From assembly GCA_028687275.1 (NCBI GenBank), contig JAQUAK010000003.1:5547-69546 (forward strand): 64,000 nt of DNA, given 5' to 3'. Below the pieces are notes generated by a model. It ran no database searches, was not told the origin of the DNA, and saw only the letters and a list, made by a program, of their open reading frames with translations. The position numbers and the translations under genes were made by a program. Shown one piece after another: positions 37,087 through 49,438 of the stretch (the stretch's first letter is position 1; every line of letters starts with the position of its first letter). This DNA comes from Patescibacteria group bacterium. GTDB lineage: Bacteria > Patescibacteriota > Patescibacteriia > Patescibacteriales > UBA12465.

Positions 37087-38103
37087 TTAAGCAATTTCAT
37101 CACATAACTCCAAGGCGACCTTTTTTAATGATGTCTCCATATTTTTGTCGCTAGAACCCATACGGGCTTCATTGTGTTTAGTAAAAATAGTTCTGGCTTT
37201 AGTAGTGAAAGAGTCTGAATCAAGTCCAGCATCAGCAAACTGTTGGTCTCCCATTAAAGTTAGGCGACCTCTTTTCAAATATGACTTGACTAAAGCAATG
37301 ACATACTTATCACCATAAGCATTCAAAATACTCCCCATCGCTTTTTTAACAATTGCTAAATCACCTTCGGAACGACGAAATTCCTCCGCACCAGAACTAA
37401 TAATAAAATCAAGCATGTCGGTAGCCTTCTGCTCGCGCTCACCAATATTTTTATCTGGATTAAAAATAATATCTGGCAAATTTAAAACAGTTTCTTTTAT
37501 CTCACCAGCCTCATCTTGCTTAAAGATAAAATCACTCGGCAACACCTCGCCAACCGCACCATGCTGATCATGAATTTGATGTAAATAAGCGCCAGCAGAC
37601 TCTAGTGCCTGAAAGCGATCAACACGATTTAACTTGTCGCTATCAATAATATCAGAGCGCATAATATCTTGTAAGGCCAAGCCATCGCGATATAAAGACT
37701 GATCCTTAATCTCAATTCCTTTTTCATTATCACCATATACACCTTCTAGGCCTAACCGCTTGATATTATTTAATATTTCTTCTTTATTGCCTCGGAAACG
37801 TTTGGCTCCAGGCATAATAAATTTAAAAAATAATTTTGGATCACGTTTCAAAATTTCTCCCACGTTTCTAACGAGATGTTCATCATAATTACGTAAAACA
37901 GCATCACCAAATCTATCAATTTTAGACACTACGCCAGAATTATCCCAAACCATTTTATTATCACCTTCCATCATTCTCAGTTTACCACCATACACACCAA
38001 CCGAACTTTCATAATCTTCGCTAGGCAAACGTGACTCGTTAACAGTCTTGTTAACTGAGTCTCTAATTTTGTTAAGAGGATTTAAAGTTTCGAATTTAAA
38101 CAT
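37087..38103 (-). CDS. Hypothetical cytoplasmic protein, possibly protein-kinase-like fold with altered catalytic residues
   Basis: 338 aa. AYLHQIHDQHGAVGEVLPSDFIF ... VLNLPDIIFNP resembles the LH..HGDLHPGNILF ... IDFG region of small-molecule kinases, with D to E and N to D substitutions. The similarity is weak and seen by eye only. Confidence 0.3.
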   Translation of the reverse strand: MFKFETLNPLNKIRDSVNKTVNESRLPSEDYESSVGVYGGKLRMMEGDNKMVWDNSGVVSKIDRFGDAVLRNYDEHLVRNVGEILKRDPKLFFKFIMPGAKRFRGNKEEILNNIKRLGLEGVYGDNEKGIEIKDQSLYRDGLALQDIMRSDIIDSDKLNRVDRFQALESAGAYLHQIHDQHGAVGEVLPSDFIFKQDEAGEIKETVLNLPDIIFNPDKNIGEREQKATDMLDFIISSGAEEFRRSEGDLAIVKKAMGSILNAYGDKYVIALVKSYLKRGRLTLMGDQQFADAGLDSDSFTTKARTIFTKHNEARMGSSDKNMETSLKKVALELCDEIA

Positions 38104-38113
38104 ATAGTTAATA

Positions 38114-40501
38114 TTATTTACTCTCTAAATGATTAAACACTGGTCCGACTGCAAGCACAATCTTATCCCCTATGGAATGGGCAACAATCATCAAGCGCGG
38201 AGATGCTAAAGTCTCTTGCAAATTAGCCCCTAATTTATTATTGCGCCATGATAGAGTTTTTAACCCGGCCTCATCCACTGAATACATCAAAGCAAAATCT
38301 CGTATAAACCTATTGTCATCGCTATCTAAAACTATACCCTGTGCCTGCTTAGAGGCAATAGCTCGTAAGCCAGCAATCTGTATACCGGCATCGCGTAAAC
38401 GGTTAGAGGCTAAACTGGAGCGCTCATCTATACCCAAAGCCTTAAACATATCTAAAATCATCTGGTTATAAGCAGTTAAACGATTAAAATAATTGAGGTT
38501 TGGTTCAACCCAAGCATAATCAGGAACGCTAGCCGATATCGACAAATTATTAGCCTGAGAATTTGTATTTTTTAAACCTAACTTATCTAGAGGTAACTGC
38601 ATGTCAGTCCAAGCTCCAGCAGCACCTATCGCTCCTTGCTCACGCCAGGAGTCAGAACTTAAATAACTAGGTAAAATAGCAGTCTCTGAATTCAAATAAG
38701 ATTGCCATAGAAATAAAGATGCCCAATAATTATTTAAATTATTTTCCATACCCAATTCGCTTAAAGGCCTTAACTTGTTTAAAGCCTCAGTATAATTAGC
38801 ATAGTCAGCATTTTCTAAAAAAGATTCTCCTCGCCAAGCAGGGTAAATAAGATTTAAAACATCTTGACTAGAGCCCTGACAGCGCTGATATTCCCTCAGA
38901 ACCTTACAGGCAGTCACATTATTTTTTGCGGGCTTATCGCCACCCAAATATAAACCAACTTCGGGATAACTAAGACTACCAAAAATAAATTCATTCGGCC
39001 AATAAAAATCTGCTAAAAACTGTAAGCCAGCTTTAGTATAACCATCCATGGTTTTCAAATTTAAAGACCCTTGCATCGGCACTAACCCTCTTTGTAACAA
39101 AGCCTGGCGCAAAGACTCCATATTGGCGTCACTGTCTATATTTTCTTCAGCAAAAATAGTGGCAATATCATAATCTTCACCAAATAAACCACTAAGTTGA
39201 TCGCGATAATCAACGTAGTTCCAAGAATCACGCAAACCTTTAAAGAAGGCAATTGTTTTATAAACCCGAGCCCATTCATTTTTTAATTCTTGGCTAGATG
39301 AAAAATCTTGAGAGATTAAAGAGGCGGCTGTAAAATTAATACGCCAATCATCCTGATCAAGTAAACAATCTGGACAGCTATCATCCCGATAATTAAGCGG
39401 AAAAACTGAATTCAGCCAAGCGCCAGCAAGATAAAAATTTTGTAAACGGGCATTATCCTTATATTCAAGGGGAATTATAAAATTCTTATAATCACGATCA
39501 TAGAGCAATACTGGCGACTTACTGGTTTCCTTGGCCGCCCTAATTAAATCGAGTTCACGTAGAACATCATCTGTTAAATAAGCTGGAACCGAAAAAGAAA
39601 AATTCCTTTGATCCTGAGGACTAAAGCGACCAGCATTAAATTTATTTTCAATATCAATCTGAGCAATTTGAGGCTTTAGTAATTCTAAAGAAACAGCAAA
39701 AAAAGCTGCTTCTAAACGTTCGCCCTCAAGAACGCGATTATTAATATTACCGATGGCAGCTAAATGTGATTCATAGCGAATTTTAGCCTGTTCATAAAGC
39801 GACTGACTGATATTCCATAAACTTTCATAAAAAACTCCTTCTTCAATATCCTTAAAAGACTGCTTTAAAATACTTTGGTAATAATAGGAAATAAAATCAG
39901 CGCTAAGATAAAGAGGGACTCCTTCTTCATTCAATTTTCGGCTGACAGCATAGAAATCAAGCTCTTCCTTTGGCCAAGGATTATCGATTACAGCAAAAGC
40001 TTGATTATTTAAAGAGTCTAAACCATCGTCAATAGCTAATTTTCTTGAAATCTCATAATAATTAGCCGTATCTACTTTTATATTGATAGGCAAATTATAT
40101 TCACTAAAATTAACTGTCTCTAAAGCATCTTCTGGTAATTTATAAAAATCATTAAAACTTAAATACTCAATCGCCTCAGAATTGACTTCCTGATTATTAT
40201 TTTCTTCGTTATCATCACTGCCATCTAAATGAACATTGTTTAAGCGCGCTTGCTCCTCTTCACTTATATTTGACTTGTCATTAGGCAAAGCTGAGTTTCT
40301 AATACTATTTTTTAAAACACCAACTAGCCACCAAACACCAAAAATAAGTGCGACAAAAACAAATAAGCCGATAATAATCATTAATACTTTCTTTTTATTT
40401 CTACCCGAGTCATCATCCTGACTATTACTAGCAGCTCCCACAAAATTATTAGCCCTTTCTGCCGGAGCGTTTGTTGGCTCATTTTTTACATCTTCAAACA
40501 T
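38114..40501 (-). CDS. Large membrane-anchored extracytoplasmic protein (hypothetical)
   Basis: 795 aa with an acidic N-terminus, a single TM segment (VLMIIIGLFVFVALIFGVWWLVGVL) and about 730 aa outside. Size and architecture are reminiscent of DUF3160-type proteins, but I cannot verify that. Confidence 0.5.
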   Translation of the reverse strand: MFEDVKNEPTNAPAERANNFVGAASNSQDDDSGRNKKKVLMIIIGLFVFVALIFGVWWLVGVLKNSIRNSALPNDKSNISEEEQARLNNVHLDGSDDNEENNNQEVNSEAIEYLSFNDFYKLPEDALETVNFSEYNLPINIKVDTANYYEISRKLAIDDGLDSLNNQAFAVIDNPWPKEELDFYAVSRKLNEEGVPLYLSADFISYYYQSILKQSFKDIEEGVFYESLWNISQSLYEQAKIRYESHLAAIGNINNRVLEGERLEAAFFAVSLELLKPQIAQIDIENKFNAGRFSPQDQRNFSFSVPAYLTDDVLRELDLIRAAKETSKSPVLLYDRDYKNFIIPLEYKDNARLQNFYLAGAWLNSVFPLNYRDDSCPDCLLDQDDWRINFTAASLISQDFSSSQELKNEWARVYKTIAFFKGLRDSWNYVDYRDQLSGLFGEDYDIATIFAEENIDSDANMESLRQALLQRGLVPMQGSLNLKTMDGYTKAGLQFLADFYWPNEFIFGSLSYPEVGLYLGGDKPAKNNVTACKVLREYQRCQGSSQDVLNLIYPAWRGESFLENADYANYTEALNKLRPLSELGMENNLNNYWASLFLWQSYLNSETAILPSYLSSDSWREQGAIGAAGAWTDMQLPLDKLGLKNTNSQANNLSISASVPDYAWVEPNLNYFNRLTAYNQMILDMFKALGIDERSSLASNRLRDAGIQIAGLRAIASKQAQGIVLDSDDNRFIRDFALMYSVDEAGLKTLSWRNNKLGANLQETLASPRLMIVAHSIGDKIVLAVGPVFNHLESK

Positions 40502-40506
40502 AAAAT

Positions 40507-41439
40507 TTATGGTAAATATTTTCGCTTATTATTCAAATGTTCAGCATAAGTAGTAGCATAAACAATATTACTACTGCCAGAAGGAGTTAGAAAATAATTA
40601 TAGCTAGTGCTCAATGGATAAATAGCAGCTTCAATCGCCAAAATTCCAGGATTACTAATAGGCCCTGGTGGCAAATCACGGTATTGATAGGTATTATAAG
40701 GTGATTCAATTTTAGTATCAGCAGTTGTATACTGGGCTTTATTAACTCCAAGAATATAAGCTAAGGTCGCGCAAGACTGCAAAGCTTGACCAACTGCAAT
40801 TCGTCGCCAAAATATACCTGAAATAATACGAGCATCACGATTATCACCGCTGGAATAACTCATTGGCGCTTCTTTTTCTAAAATTGAAGCCATAGTTACA
40901 ATCTCATAAATACTTTTCCCCTGAGCTTTAATATCAGCTCGCATTTTATCGGTTAACTGAGAATCAAAATTATTCAACATTTTTTTAATCAACTCATCAG
41001 GACTGGAGCTAGCAAAAATTCGATAAGTGTCTGGGTAAAGATAGCCCTCCAAGCTACGGTTTTTTGGTTTATCTGCCAAAAAAGAAAATTCAGAAGAATA
41101 ATCAACTAAAGGAGGCAAGTCATCAACTTTATTATAATCTACCTGAGGAAAACCGGATGCTTCTAAAAATTCCTCACCCTGCCAAATGCCTTGACGTTCA
41201 AAATATTGAGCCATATCACGACTGTTCCAGCCTTCAATTAAACGCACAGTCTCCTCTGGGCGTAATTCCATTGACTTGGCTGGCTCTTCTTTTCTAAAAA
41301 GAGAGTCCAGACGATCGAAAAAACTAGAATCTGCCGACAGCGAATGCACAAGACTGCGACCAAAAATAAAACTCAAAAGCAATGCTGTTGCCAGCAAGCT
41401 TAGTCCAACCAAAAATAGATAACGGATTATTCGATGCAT
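40507..41439 (-). CDS. mltG: Endolytic murein transglycosylase MltG (YceG family)
   Basis: 310 aa with an N-terminal TM segment, MASILEKEA and ESPYNTYQYRDLPPGPISNPG. Confidence 0.92.
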   Translation of the reverse strand: MHRIIRYLFLVGLSLLATALLLSFIFGRSLVHSLSADSSFFDRLDSLFRKEEPAKSMELRPEETVRLIEGWNSRDMAQYFERQGIWQGEEFLEASGFPQVDYNKVDDLPPLVDYSSEFSFLADKPKNRSLEGYLYPDTYRIFASSSPDELIKKMLNNFDSQLTDKMRADIKAQGKSIYEIVTMASILEKEAPMSYSSGDNRDARIISGIFWRRIAVGQALQSCATLAYILGVNKAQYTTADTKIESPYNTYQYRDLPPGPISNPGILAIEAAIYPLSTSYNYFLTPSGSSNIVYATTYAEHLNNKRKYLP

Positions 41440-41445
41440 ACTAAA

Positions 41446-41934
41446 TTATTTTTTATTTATTTTCTTATTCGTCGCAGCCGCTTTAGCAATTAATTCAGAG
41501 CTAGCTCTAATTTTTTTACCAAGACCATCAACTAATTTAATGCCATATTTTTTACAAACTTCCGCCTCTGGTACATTAGCTAAATTTTTTCGATCACCCC
41601 CATTAGCAAAAATATCAGGTTTTATTTTTGACAAAGTCTTAATAACTGGCACCTCGCCGTTATCCCACTTATAATCATCAACTGCTAAAACAACTTGATC
41701 AACATCACGCAAAGAACGGATAATTTCCATTCGATCTTTTTCAGGCATAAAAGAAACTCTTCCTTTTAACCTAACTTGCTTATCATTATTCACAATTACC
41801 ACTAATTTATCGCCTAGCTTTTTAGCCATTCTTATCATCTCTAAATGGCCAACGTGCAGGGGATTAAAATAACCAGAAACTGCAACCAAAACGGGCTTTT
41901 TTGTCTGTTTAATTTTATTATCGTTTTTAATCAT
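41446..41934 (-). CDS. Cytidylyl/adenylyltransferase family protein (RfaE domain II-like)
   Basis: SGYFNPLHVGHLEM carries the HxGH motif. VIVNNDKQVRLKGR...DRMEIIRSLRDVDQVV and FANGGDR resemble heptose-1-phosphate adenylyltransferase. The ATG at 41934 is preferred over the extended ORF start at 41988. Confidence 0.65.
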   Translation of the reverse strand: MIKNDNKIKQTKKPVLVAVSGYFNPLHVGHLEMIRMAKKLGDKLVVIVNNDKQVRLKGRVSFMPEKDRMEIIRSLRDVDQVVLAVDDYKWDNGEVPVIKTLSKIKPDIFANGGDRKNLANVPEAEVCKKYGIKLVDGLGKKIRASSELIAKAAATNKKINKK

Positions 41935-42007
41935 ATAAATATATTTAATAATACTATTATAGCAAAAACAAAGACACTGGACAAACAATAAAAATAAGTA
42001 AAATATA

Positions 42008-42039
42008 TAAAAGAAGCCGTCATCTAACGGCTTCTTTTA
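42008..42039 (-). terminator. groESL terminator
   Basis: AAGAAGCCGT / ACGGCTTCTT stem, followed by a T-run on the minus strand. Confidence 0.75.
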
Positions 42040-42059
42040 TATTGACGAACATCTATTTA

Positions 42060-43703
42060 TTACATCATTCCCATGTCCATGTTGTTGCGATTGTCTTTAA
42101 CTTCTGGCTTGTCAGTAATCACAGCCTCAGTAGTCAAAAACATCATGGCCGCAGAGGCAGCATTCTCTAGGGCAGAGCGCACCACTTTAGTTGGGTCAAC
42201 AATCCCTTGTTTAATCATATCAACAAATTCACCATTAGCAGCATTATAGCCCCTCACCTCTTTAGACCCCTTATTTTCTTCAATTATTCTCTGTAAAATA
42301 AGTGAGCCATCAACGCCAGCATTGCTGGCAATTTGACGGATTGGCTCAAGCACTGATTGATTGATTATCTTGGCTCCAGCTGATAATAAACTAGGATTTT
42401 TCATATCTTTTTCAAAGCCAGCAAAATCTACTCCATAACAAGCAACGGCTAAAGCTAAGCCACCACCAGGAACAACTCCCTCTTCAACCGCAGCTTTCGT
42501 TGCATTTAAAGCATCTTCGATGCGATATTTCTTCTCTTTCATTTCCGTCTCTGTGGCGGCCCCAACCTTAATAACAGCAACGCCGCCAGACAATTTAGCT
42601 AAACGCTCTTGCAGCTTTTCTTTATCAAAATCAGAATCACTTATTTCTTTTTCACTTTTAATTTGAGCAACTCTTTCTTTAATTATTTTTTTATCCCCAG
42701 CGCCATCAATAATAGTAGTATTATCTTTTGAAGCTACGACGCGACGAGCCCTCCCTAAATCTTCAACTTCTATCTTATCTAATTTCAAGCCAACTTCTTC
42801 TGAAATAACTCTCGCTCCAGTCAAAACGGCTATATCTTCTAACATAGCCTTACGACGATCACCAAAGCCAGGCGCCTTAATGCCCAAGACATTAAAAGTG
42901 CCTCTTAATTTATTAACAACGAAAGTGGCTAGAGCTTCGCCTTCAATCTCTTCAGCAATAATTACTAAATCTTTCTTACCGGCTTGAGCCAACTTCTCTA
43001 AGAAAGGAAGAATTTCTTGCAAAGAGGAAATTTTCTGGTCAGTCACTAGGATATAAGGATCATTCATTTCTGCCTTCATTGTTTCTGCATTACTAATCAT
43101 ATAAGGAGAAACGTAACCCTTATCAAATTGCATACCCTCAACTATATCCTTCTCAACACCAAAAGACTGTCCTTCCTCAACGGTAATAACACCTTCTTTA
43201 CCAACACTATCCATCGCCTCAGCAATAATACGGCCAATCTCATCATCATTAGCCGAAATTGAGCCAACTTGAGCAATCTCTTCTTTAGTGCTAATACTTT
43301 TACTCATCTTTTTTAATTCAACCACAATCTCGGCAACTCGTGTTTCAATGCCTTTACGGATTTCAATTGGATTAACTCCGGCGGCTACTAATTTTAAACC
43401 ATTATTAATAATAGCCTGAGCTAAAATAGTGGCAGTAGTAGTGCCATCACCAGCCGCATCATTAGTTTTCGAAGCCGCCTCTTTGACCATGTTCGCTCCA
43501 ATATTTTCAAATCTATCTTCTAATTCAATTTCTTTGGCCACAGTTACTCCATCTTTAGTTACAATAGGCGAGCCATAACCACGATCAATAACCACGTTTC
43601 TTCCCTTCGGCCCAAGAGTGACTTTTACCGCGTTAGCTAATTGATCAGCCCCGCGCTTTAAAGCTAAACGTGCTTTTTCATCAAAAATTATTTGTTTAGA
43701 CAT
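42060..43703 (-). CDS. groEL: Chaperonin GroEL
   Basis: 547 aa with [22 protein letters not shown] and the C-terminal Gly/Met tail MDMGMM. Confidence 0.98.
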   Translation of the reverse strand: MSKQIIFDEKARLALKRGADQLANAVKVTLGPKGRNVVIDRGYGSPIVTKDGVTVAKEIELEDRFENIGANMVKEAASKTNDAAGDGTTTATILAQAIINNGLKLVAAGVNPIEIRKGIETRVAEIVVELKKMSKSISTKEEIAQVGSISANDDEIGRIIAEAMDSVGKEGVITVEEGQSFGVEKDIVEGMQFDKGYVSPYMISNAETMKAEMNDPYILVTDQKISSLQEILPFLEKLAQAGKKDLVIIAEEIEGEALATFVVNKLRGTFNVLGIKAPGFGDRRKAMLEDIAVLTGARVISEEVGLKLDKIEVEDLGRARRVVASKDNTTIIDGAGDKKIIKERVAQIKSEKEISDSDFDKEKLQERLAKLSGGVAVIKVGAATETEMKEKKYRIEDALNATKAAVEEGVVPGGGLALAVACYGVDFAGFEKDMKNPSLLSAGAKIINQSVLEPIRQIASNAGVDGSLILQRIIEENKGSKEVRGYNAANGEFVDMIKQGIVDPTKVVRSALENAASAAMMFLTTEAVITDKPEVKDNRNNMDMGMM

Positions 43704-43723
43704 ATATTTTTAGTAATTAATTA

Positions 43724-44014
43724 TTATTCTAAAGTGGCAATAATATCGCCTTCATTTAAGATTAAATAGTCTTCATTATCAATTTTAATTTCATCCGGTG
43801 AATATTTTTTAAAAACAACCTGGTCACCCGTTTTTACACTCATCGGCATTAATTGTCCATTATCCATCATTTTACCAGGGCCCACAGCAATAACTTCCCC
43901 TTTTTCAGGTCGTTCTTTATCAATATTTCCAGGTAAAACGATGCCTGATTTCGTCACTTCCTCGATAGCGGCCGCCTTAATAATAACGTGATTTGAGAGA
44001 GGTTTTAGTTTCAT
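43724..44014 (-). CDS. groES: Co-chaperonin GroES
   Basis: 96 aa. MKLKPLSNHVIIK ... SGIVLPG ... GEVIAVGPG is the typical GroES pattern. Confidence 0.96.
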   Translation of the reverse strand: MKLKPLSNHVIIKAAAIEEVTKSGIVLPGNIDKERPEKGEVIAVGPGKMMDNGQLMPMSVKTGDQVVFKKYSPDEIKIDNEDYLILNEGDIIATLE

Positions 44015-44108
44015 AGAGATTATGGATAAAATATGTAATATAACTATAGATTTATTTAGTCATAATAAATATTTTATCTAATATTATATATTTTTAATTA
44101 ATTTTTTC

Positions 44109-44135
44109 TTAGCACTCAAAGCAAGAGAGTGCTAA
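44109..44135. promoter_or_regulatory. CIRCE operator (HrcA binding site) upstream of groES
   Basis: Perfect consensus TTAGCACTC-N9-GAGTGCTAA. Confidence 0.93.
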
Positions 44136-44145
44136 ATATAAATCT

Positions 44146-44174
44146 ATTTTATAGTTTTTTACAAGTAGTGTCAA
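44146..44174 (-). promoter_or_regulatory. Putative groESL promoter
   Basis: On the minus strand, TTGACA (44174-44169), 17-nt spacer, TAAAAT (44151-44146). CIRCE starts 10 nt downstream. Confidence 0.55.
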
Positions 44175-44245
44175 GGATTGGGAACCAATAATGTAACTAG
44201 CTATTAATAGATAAATATATTAAAATAGAACCATAACATATTATT

Positions 44246-45031
44246 ATGACTATACTTCATTCACTGATATTTGGTTTAGTGGAAGGAATCACCGAATTCC
44301 TACCGATATCCTCAACTGCTCACCTTATAATTACCTCTAAGCTGCTAGGATTACCAGAATCAACTACTCTAAGCAGCTTCTTAATTGCCATTCAGCTGGG
44401 TGCTATTTTATCAGTGGCCGTGCTTTACACCAAAACAATCCTGAAAAATCCTAAACTAATCCTAAAAATTGCAGCTGCTTTTATTCCTACAGCTATTATT
44501 GGTCTGCTCGCCTACAAGTTAGTTAAAGACTATCTTTTAGAAAGTTTGCTGACTATCGCCATTGCTCTACTCTTAGGCGGTATTATCTTAATAGTTCTAG
44601 AAAAATATTTTGCCAGAAGAAAGGCAAAGATAAGCGAAACCGAAGAGAGCTTAGAACAACTCAGCTACTCTCAGGCGGCTATAATTGGCGTCTGCCAGGC
44701 TTTAGCGGTCGTTCCGGGCGTTTCCCGCTCCGCTGCCACTATTATGGGTGGGCTGGCCTTAAAGATAAGCCGCAAAAACATCGTGGAATTCTCTTTTCTA
44801 TTAGCTCTTCCAACTATGCTTGCGGCCACTGCCCTAGATTTATATAAATCTCCTCCTAACTTAAACGGCAGCGAATTAATCATCTGGAGCATCGGCTTAA
44901 TTGTCGCCTTTATAACCGCCACCCTAGGCATCCGCTTCTTTCTACGTTATATTAAAAAACATGATTTTCAGATCTTTGGCTGGTATCGTATTATTCTTGG
45001 TCTGATTATTATTCTTTACCTGTTTATCTAA
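44246..45031 (+). CDS. uppP: Undecaprenyl-diphosphate phosphatase
   Basis: 261 aa with EGITEFLPISSTAHL and GVSRSAATI, the two BacA/UppP motifs. Confidence 0.94.
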   Translation: MTILHSLIFGLVEGITEFLPISSTAHLIITSKLLGLPESTTLSSFLIAIQLGAILSVAVLYTKTILKNPKLILKIAAAFIPTAIIGLLAYKLVKDYLLESLLTIAIALLLGGIILIVLEKYFARRKAKISETEESLEQLSYSQAAIIGVCQALAVVPGVSRSAATIMGGLALKISRKNIVEFSFLLALPTMLAATALDLYKSPPNLNGSELIIWSIGLIVAFITATLGIRFFLRYIKKHDFQIFGWYRIILGLIIILYLFI

Positions 45032-45043
45032 AAGCTACCCAAT

Positions 45044-45075
45044 AAAAAACCCGCTTTAATAAGCGGGTTTTTTAT
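45044..45075. terminator. Bidirectional terminator (uppP / atp operon)
   Basis: AACCCGCTT / AAGCGGGTT stem with flanking A-run and T-run. Confidence 0.8.
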
Positions 45076-45087
45076 TTATCTAAAAAT

Positions 45088-45528
45088 TTATTTTATATTC
45101 TTTAATTTTCGCCATTTATGCAAAGCTCTTTCACGAGCCAAAACTACTTCTAATCTAACGGCTACAGCTGATAGGTCGTAATCTTCGCGATTTATCGCCT
45201 CAGCTTTGGCTTTTTCAGCTTTAGCCTTCGCAGTCGCAACGCGCTCTTCGTCTAATTCTTCTCCTCTTTCAGCTGTATCAGCCAAAACAACAACTTTATC
45301 ACGTAGAACTTCAATAAAACCACCAGAAACAGAAATAATATCCATACTCTGGTCTAAACTTTTAATTTCTAAAACTCCTGGCTTTAAAATTGAAACCAAA
45401 GGGATGTGCTCAGGAAGAATAGTAATCTCACCGTCTTGAGTTGGAACAGTGACTTGCATAATTTCCTTAGACAAAACAGTCCTCTCGGGAGTAACAATTT
45501 CAAATTTAATTGTTTTTTTATCGGCCAT
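45088..45528 (-). CDS. atpC: F1 ATP synthase subunit epsilon
   Basis: 146 aa in the last position of the operon, with an N-terminal beta-sandwich pattern (FEIVTPERTV...) and a C-terminal helical tail. Confidence 0.88.
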   Translation of the reverse strand: MADKKTIKFEIVTPERTVLSKEIMQVTVPTQDGEITILPEHIPLVSILKPGVLEIKSLDQSMDIISVSGGFIEVLRDKVVVLADTAERGEELDEERVATAKAKAEKAKAEAINREDYDLSAVAVRLEVVLARERALHKWRKLKNIK

Positions 45529-45533
45529 AATAA

Positions 45534-46931
<1,398 letters not shown>

Positions 46932-46941
46932 TTATTAAAAT

Positions 46942-47889
46942 TTAATCGAGTAGCGCATTAGCACCAGCGCTAATTTCCGCAATTTCCGCGGTAATACCCG
47001 CCTGTCTCGCTTTGTTATAAAATAAAGTTAATTCGCTAACCATATCTGTCGCCGCTTCTGTGGCCTGATGCATGGCGCTCATACGAGCACTATGTTCAGA
47101 GGCATTAGCTTCTAATAGAGCCTGATAAATCTGGACTTCCAATAAACGAGGAATTATTTTATCTAAGACTTCTTCTGGGCTAGGTTCAAAAATATATTCA
47201 AAACCAGTACTGCCAGCTAAATGTTTTTCCTTTTTCTGAGCAATCAAATCTTTAGTAACACTCACCTTAGGATCACCAACAATTCCCAGATATTCATCCT
47301 CGGCATTAATATCTACTGGCAACAGCTGCTTAACTCTTGGTACCTGTTTAGCGGCGCTAACAAAGTCAGTATAAGCAACAAAAACTTTATCATATTTAGT
47401 GCTTAAAAAATTTTCTATCGCCATTTTAATAATTGGCACTACTTCAGATGAATTATTTAAAACATCACTTTTAGGGAATTCAGCGGCAACTATTTGTTTT
47501 TGTGAATAAACAGAAGCCCCCTTTTTACCAACTAAAATAAACTCAGCTTCTACATTTGGATGAATTTTGATTGAATCTTTGGCCTTATTAATTACGGCAG
47601 CATTATAGGCGCCACACATACCACGGTTAGAAGTAATTAAAATAATAGCCACCTTTTTAGTTTCTGAGCGACTCACAAGTAAAGGATGGCGCAACTCACC
47701 ATTACCGTTAGCCATAGCTGATAAATGCAAAACGGTTTCCCAGCTCAAATTAGCGTAAGTGCGGGTGCGCAATACAGCTTCAATCGCTTTTCTCATTTTA
47801 GCGGCTGCCACCATCTCCATCGCCCTGGTAATCTTTTTAGTACTACTGATGGATTTAATGCGCCGTGATATTTCTTTGGTCTTAGCCAT
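46942..47889 (-). CDS. atpG: F1 ATP synthase subunit gamma
   Basis: 315 aa with N-terminal ISSTKKITRAMEMVAAAKMRKA and C-terminal LTLFYNKARQAGITAEIAEI. Confidence 0.95.
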   Translation of the reverse strand: MAKTKEISRRIKSISSTKKITRAMEMVAAAKMRKAIEAVLRTRTYANLSWETVLHLSAMANGNGELRHPLLVSRSETKKVAIILITSNRGMCGAYNAAVINKAKDSIKIHPNVEAEFILVGKKGASVYSQKQIVAAEFPKSDVLNNSSEVVPIIKMAIENFLSTKYDKVFVAYTDFVSAAKQVPRVKQLLPVDINAEDEYLGIVGDPKVSVTKDLIAQKKEKHLAGSTGFEYIFEPSPEEVLDKIIPRLLEVQIYQALLEANASEHSARMSAMHQATEAATDMVSELTLFYNKARQAGITAEIAEISAGANALLD

Positions 47890-47909
47890 AGATAAAAATC
47901 TTTACAAAG

Positions 47910-49433
47910 CTACTTCACTAAATAATCAAGAGTTTCTTTATAATTACTTAAAACAGTTTTAATCTTCTCCTCAACTTCAGCGTCTAACTCTTTCTTGTCT
48001 AAAATTGCCTTAGAAGCATCAGTATTAATATCAAGATACTTATATAAACCAGCTTCAAATTCTCTCACTTTTTCAACTGGAATATCATCAATATATTTGT
48101 TAATCAAAGCATAATAAATTATTACCTGCTTATCAACAGATAGAGGCTGATATTGATCCTGTTTAAGAATTTCATATAAACGCTTACCGCGCTCTAATTT
48201 ACGACTAGTTTCTTCATCTAAATCAGAACCAAATTGAGCGAAAGCCGCTAACTCACGGAATTGAGCAGCCTCCAAACGCATCTTACCAGCCACTTTTTTC
48301 ATGGCCTTAATCTGAGCGGATGAGCCGACGCGAGAAACAGATAACCCAGCATTAACAGCTGGACGATTACCCTTATAGAACATATCTGGCTCTAAAAAGA
48401 TTTGACCATCAGTAATGGAAATAACATTGGTAGGAATATAAGCCGAGATGTCTCCTGCTTGAGTTTCAATAATTGGCAAAGCAGTAATAGAACCACCTCC
48501 CTGCTCTTTATTTAACTTACAAGCTCTCTCAAGTAAACGAGAATGAAGATAAAATACATCTCCAGGATAGGCCTCACGTCCTGGTGGACGACGGAGTAGC
48601 AAGGAAATTTCACGATAAGAAACGGCGTGCTTGGATAAATCATCATAAATAATTAAAACATCTTCGCCTTTATCAAGAAAATACTCAGCTATAGCGCAAC
48701 CAGCATAAGGAGCAATGTATAACAGAGAAGCGGGATTAGAAGCTCCAGCTAAAACAATGGTTGTATATTCCATAGCTCCAGCCGCCTCTAACTTGCGCAC
48801 AATATCGGCCACCTTTGACTCTTTCTGCCCAATAGCAACATAAACACATTTCATGTTCTGACCTTTCTGGTTAATAATAGCGTCAATTGCAATTGCAGTC
48901 TTACCAATCTGACGATCACCAATAATTAATTCACGCTGTCCGCGACCAATTGGAATCATGGAATCAATTGCTTTAATACCAGTTTGCACTGGCTCATTAA
49001 CAGAAGCACGAGTAATAACACCAGGAGCAATCTTTTCTACCGGATAAAATTCAGTGGTTACTAAAGCGCCTTTACCATCTAAAGCTTCACCTAAAGGATT
49101 AACTACTCTGCCCACCAAAGCCTCACCAACAGGCACACTTAAAATACGTTTAGTGCAAACCACTTCGTCACCTTCTTTAATGCCAGCAAATTCACCCATG
49201 ATAATAGCGCCCACTAGGTTCTCTTCTAAATTTAAGGCTACGCCGGCAATCTCACCCTGAGCTGATTTAAAAAGCAAAATTTCACTCATCATAGCTTCGG
49301 TTAAACCAGAAACTAGAGCAATACCATCAGAGATCTTTAAAACACGGCCAACGCTGCTTTCTTCAACCTCAGTCTTAAAATCAGCAATCTGACGCTTTAT
49401 TTGTTCAACAATAAAGTCCTTGGTGTTAGACAT
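47910..49433 (-). CDS. atpA: F1 ATP synthase subunit alpha
   Basis: 507 aa with Walker A GDRQIGKT, plus [21 protein letters not shown]. Confidence 0.98.
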   Translation of the reverse strand: MSNTKDFIVEQIKRQIADFKTEVEESSVGRVLKISDGIALVSGLTEAMMSEILLFKSAQGEIAGVALNLEENLVGAIIMGEFAGIKEGDEVVCTKRILSVPVGEALVGRVVNPLGEALDGKGALVTTEFYPVEKIAPGVITRASVNEPVQTGIKAIDSMIPIGRGQRELIIGDRQIGKTAIAIDAIINQKGQNMKCVYVAIGQKESKVADIVRKLEAAGAMEYTTIVLAGASNPASLLYIAPYAGCAIAEYFLDKGEDVLIIYDDLSKHAVSYREISLLLRRPPGREAYPGDVFYLHSRLLERACKLNKEQGGGSITALPIIETQAGDISAYIPTNVISITDGQIFLEPDMFYKGNRPAVNAGLSVSRVGSSAQIKAMKKVAGKMRLEAAQFRELAAFAQFGSDLDEETSRKLERGKRLYEILKQDQYQPLSVDKQVIIYYALINKYIDDIPVEKVREFEAGLYKYLDINTDASKAILDKKELDAEVEEKIKTVLSNYKETLDYLVK

Positions 49434-49438
49434 ATAAT

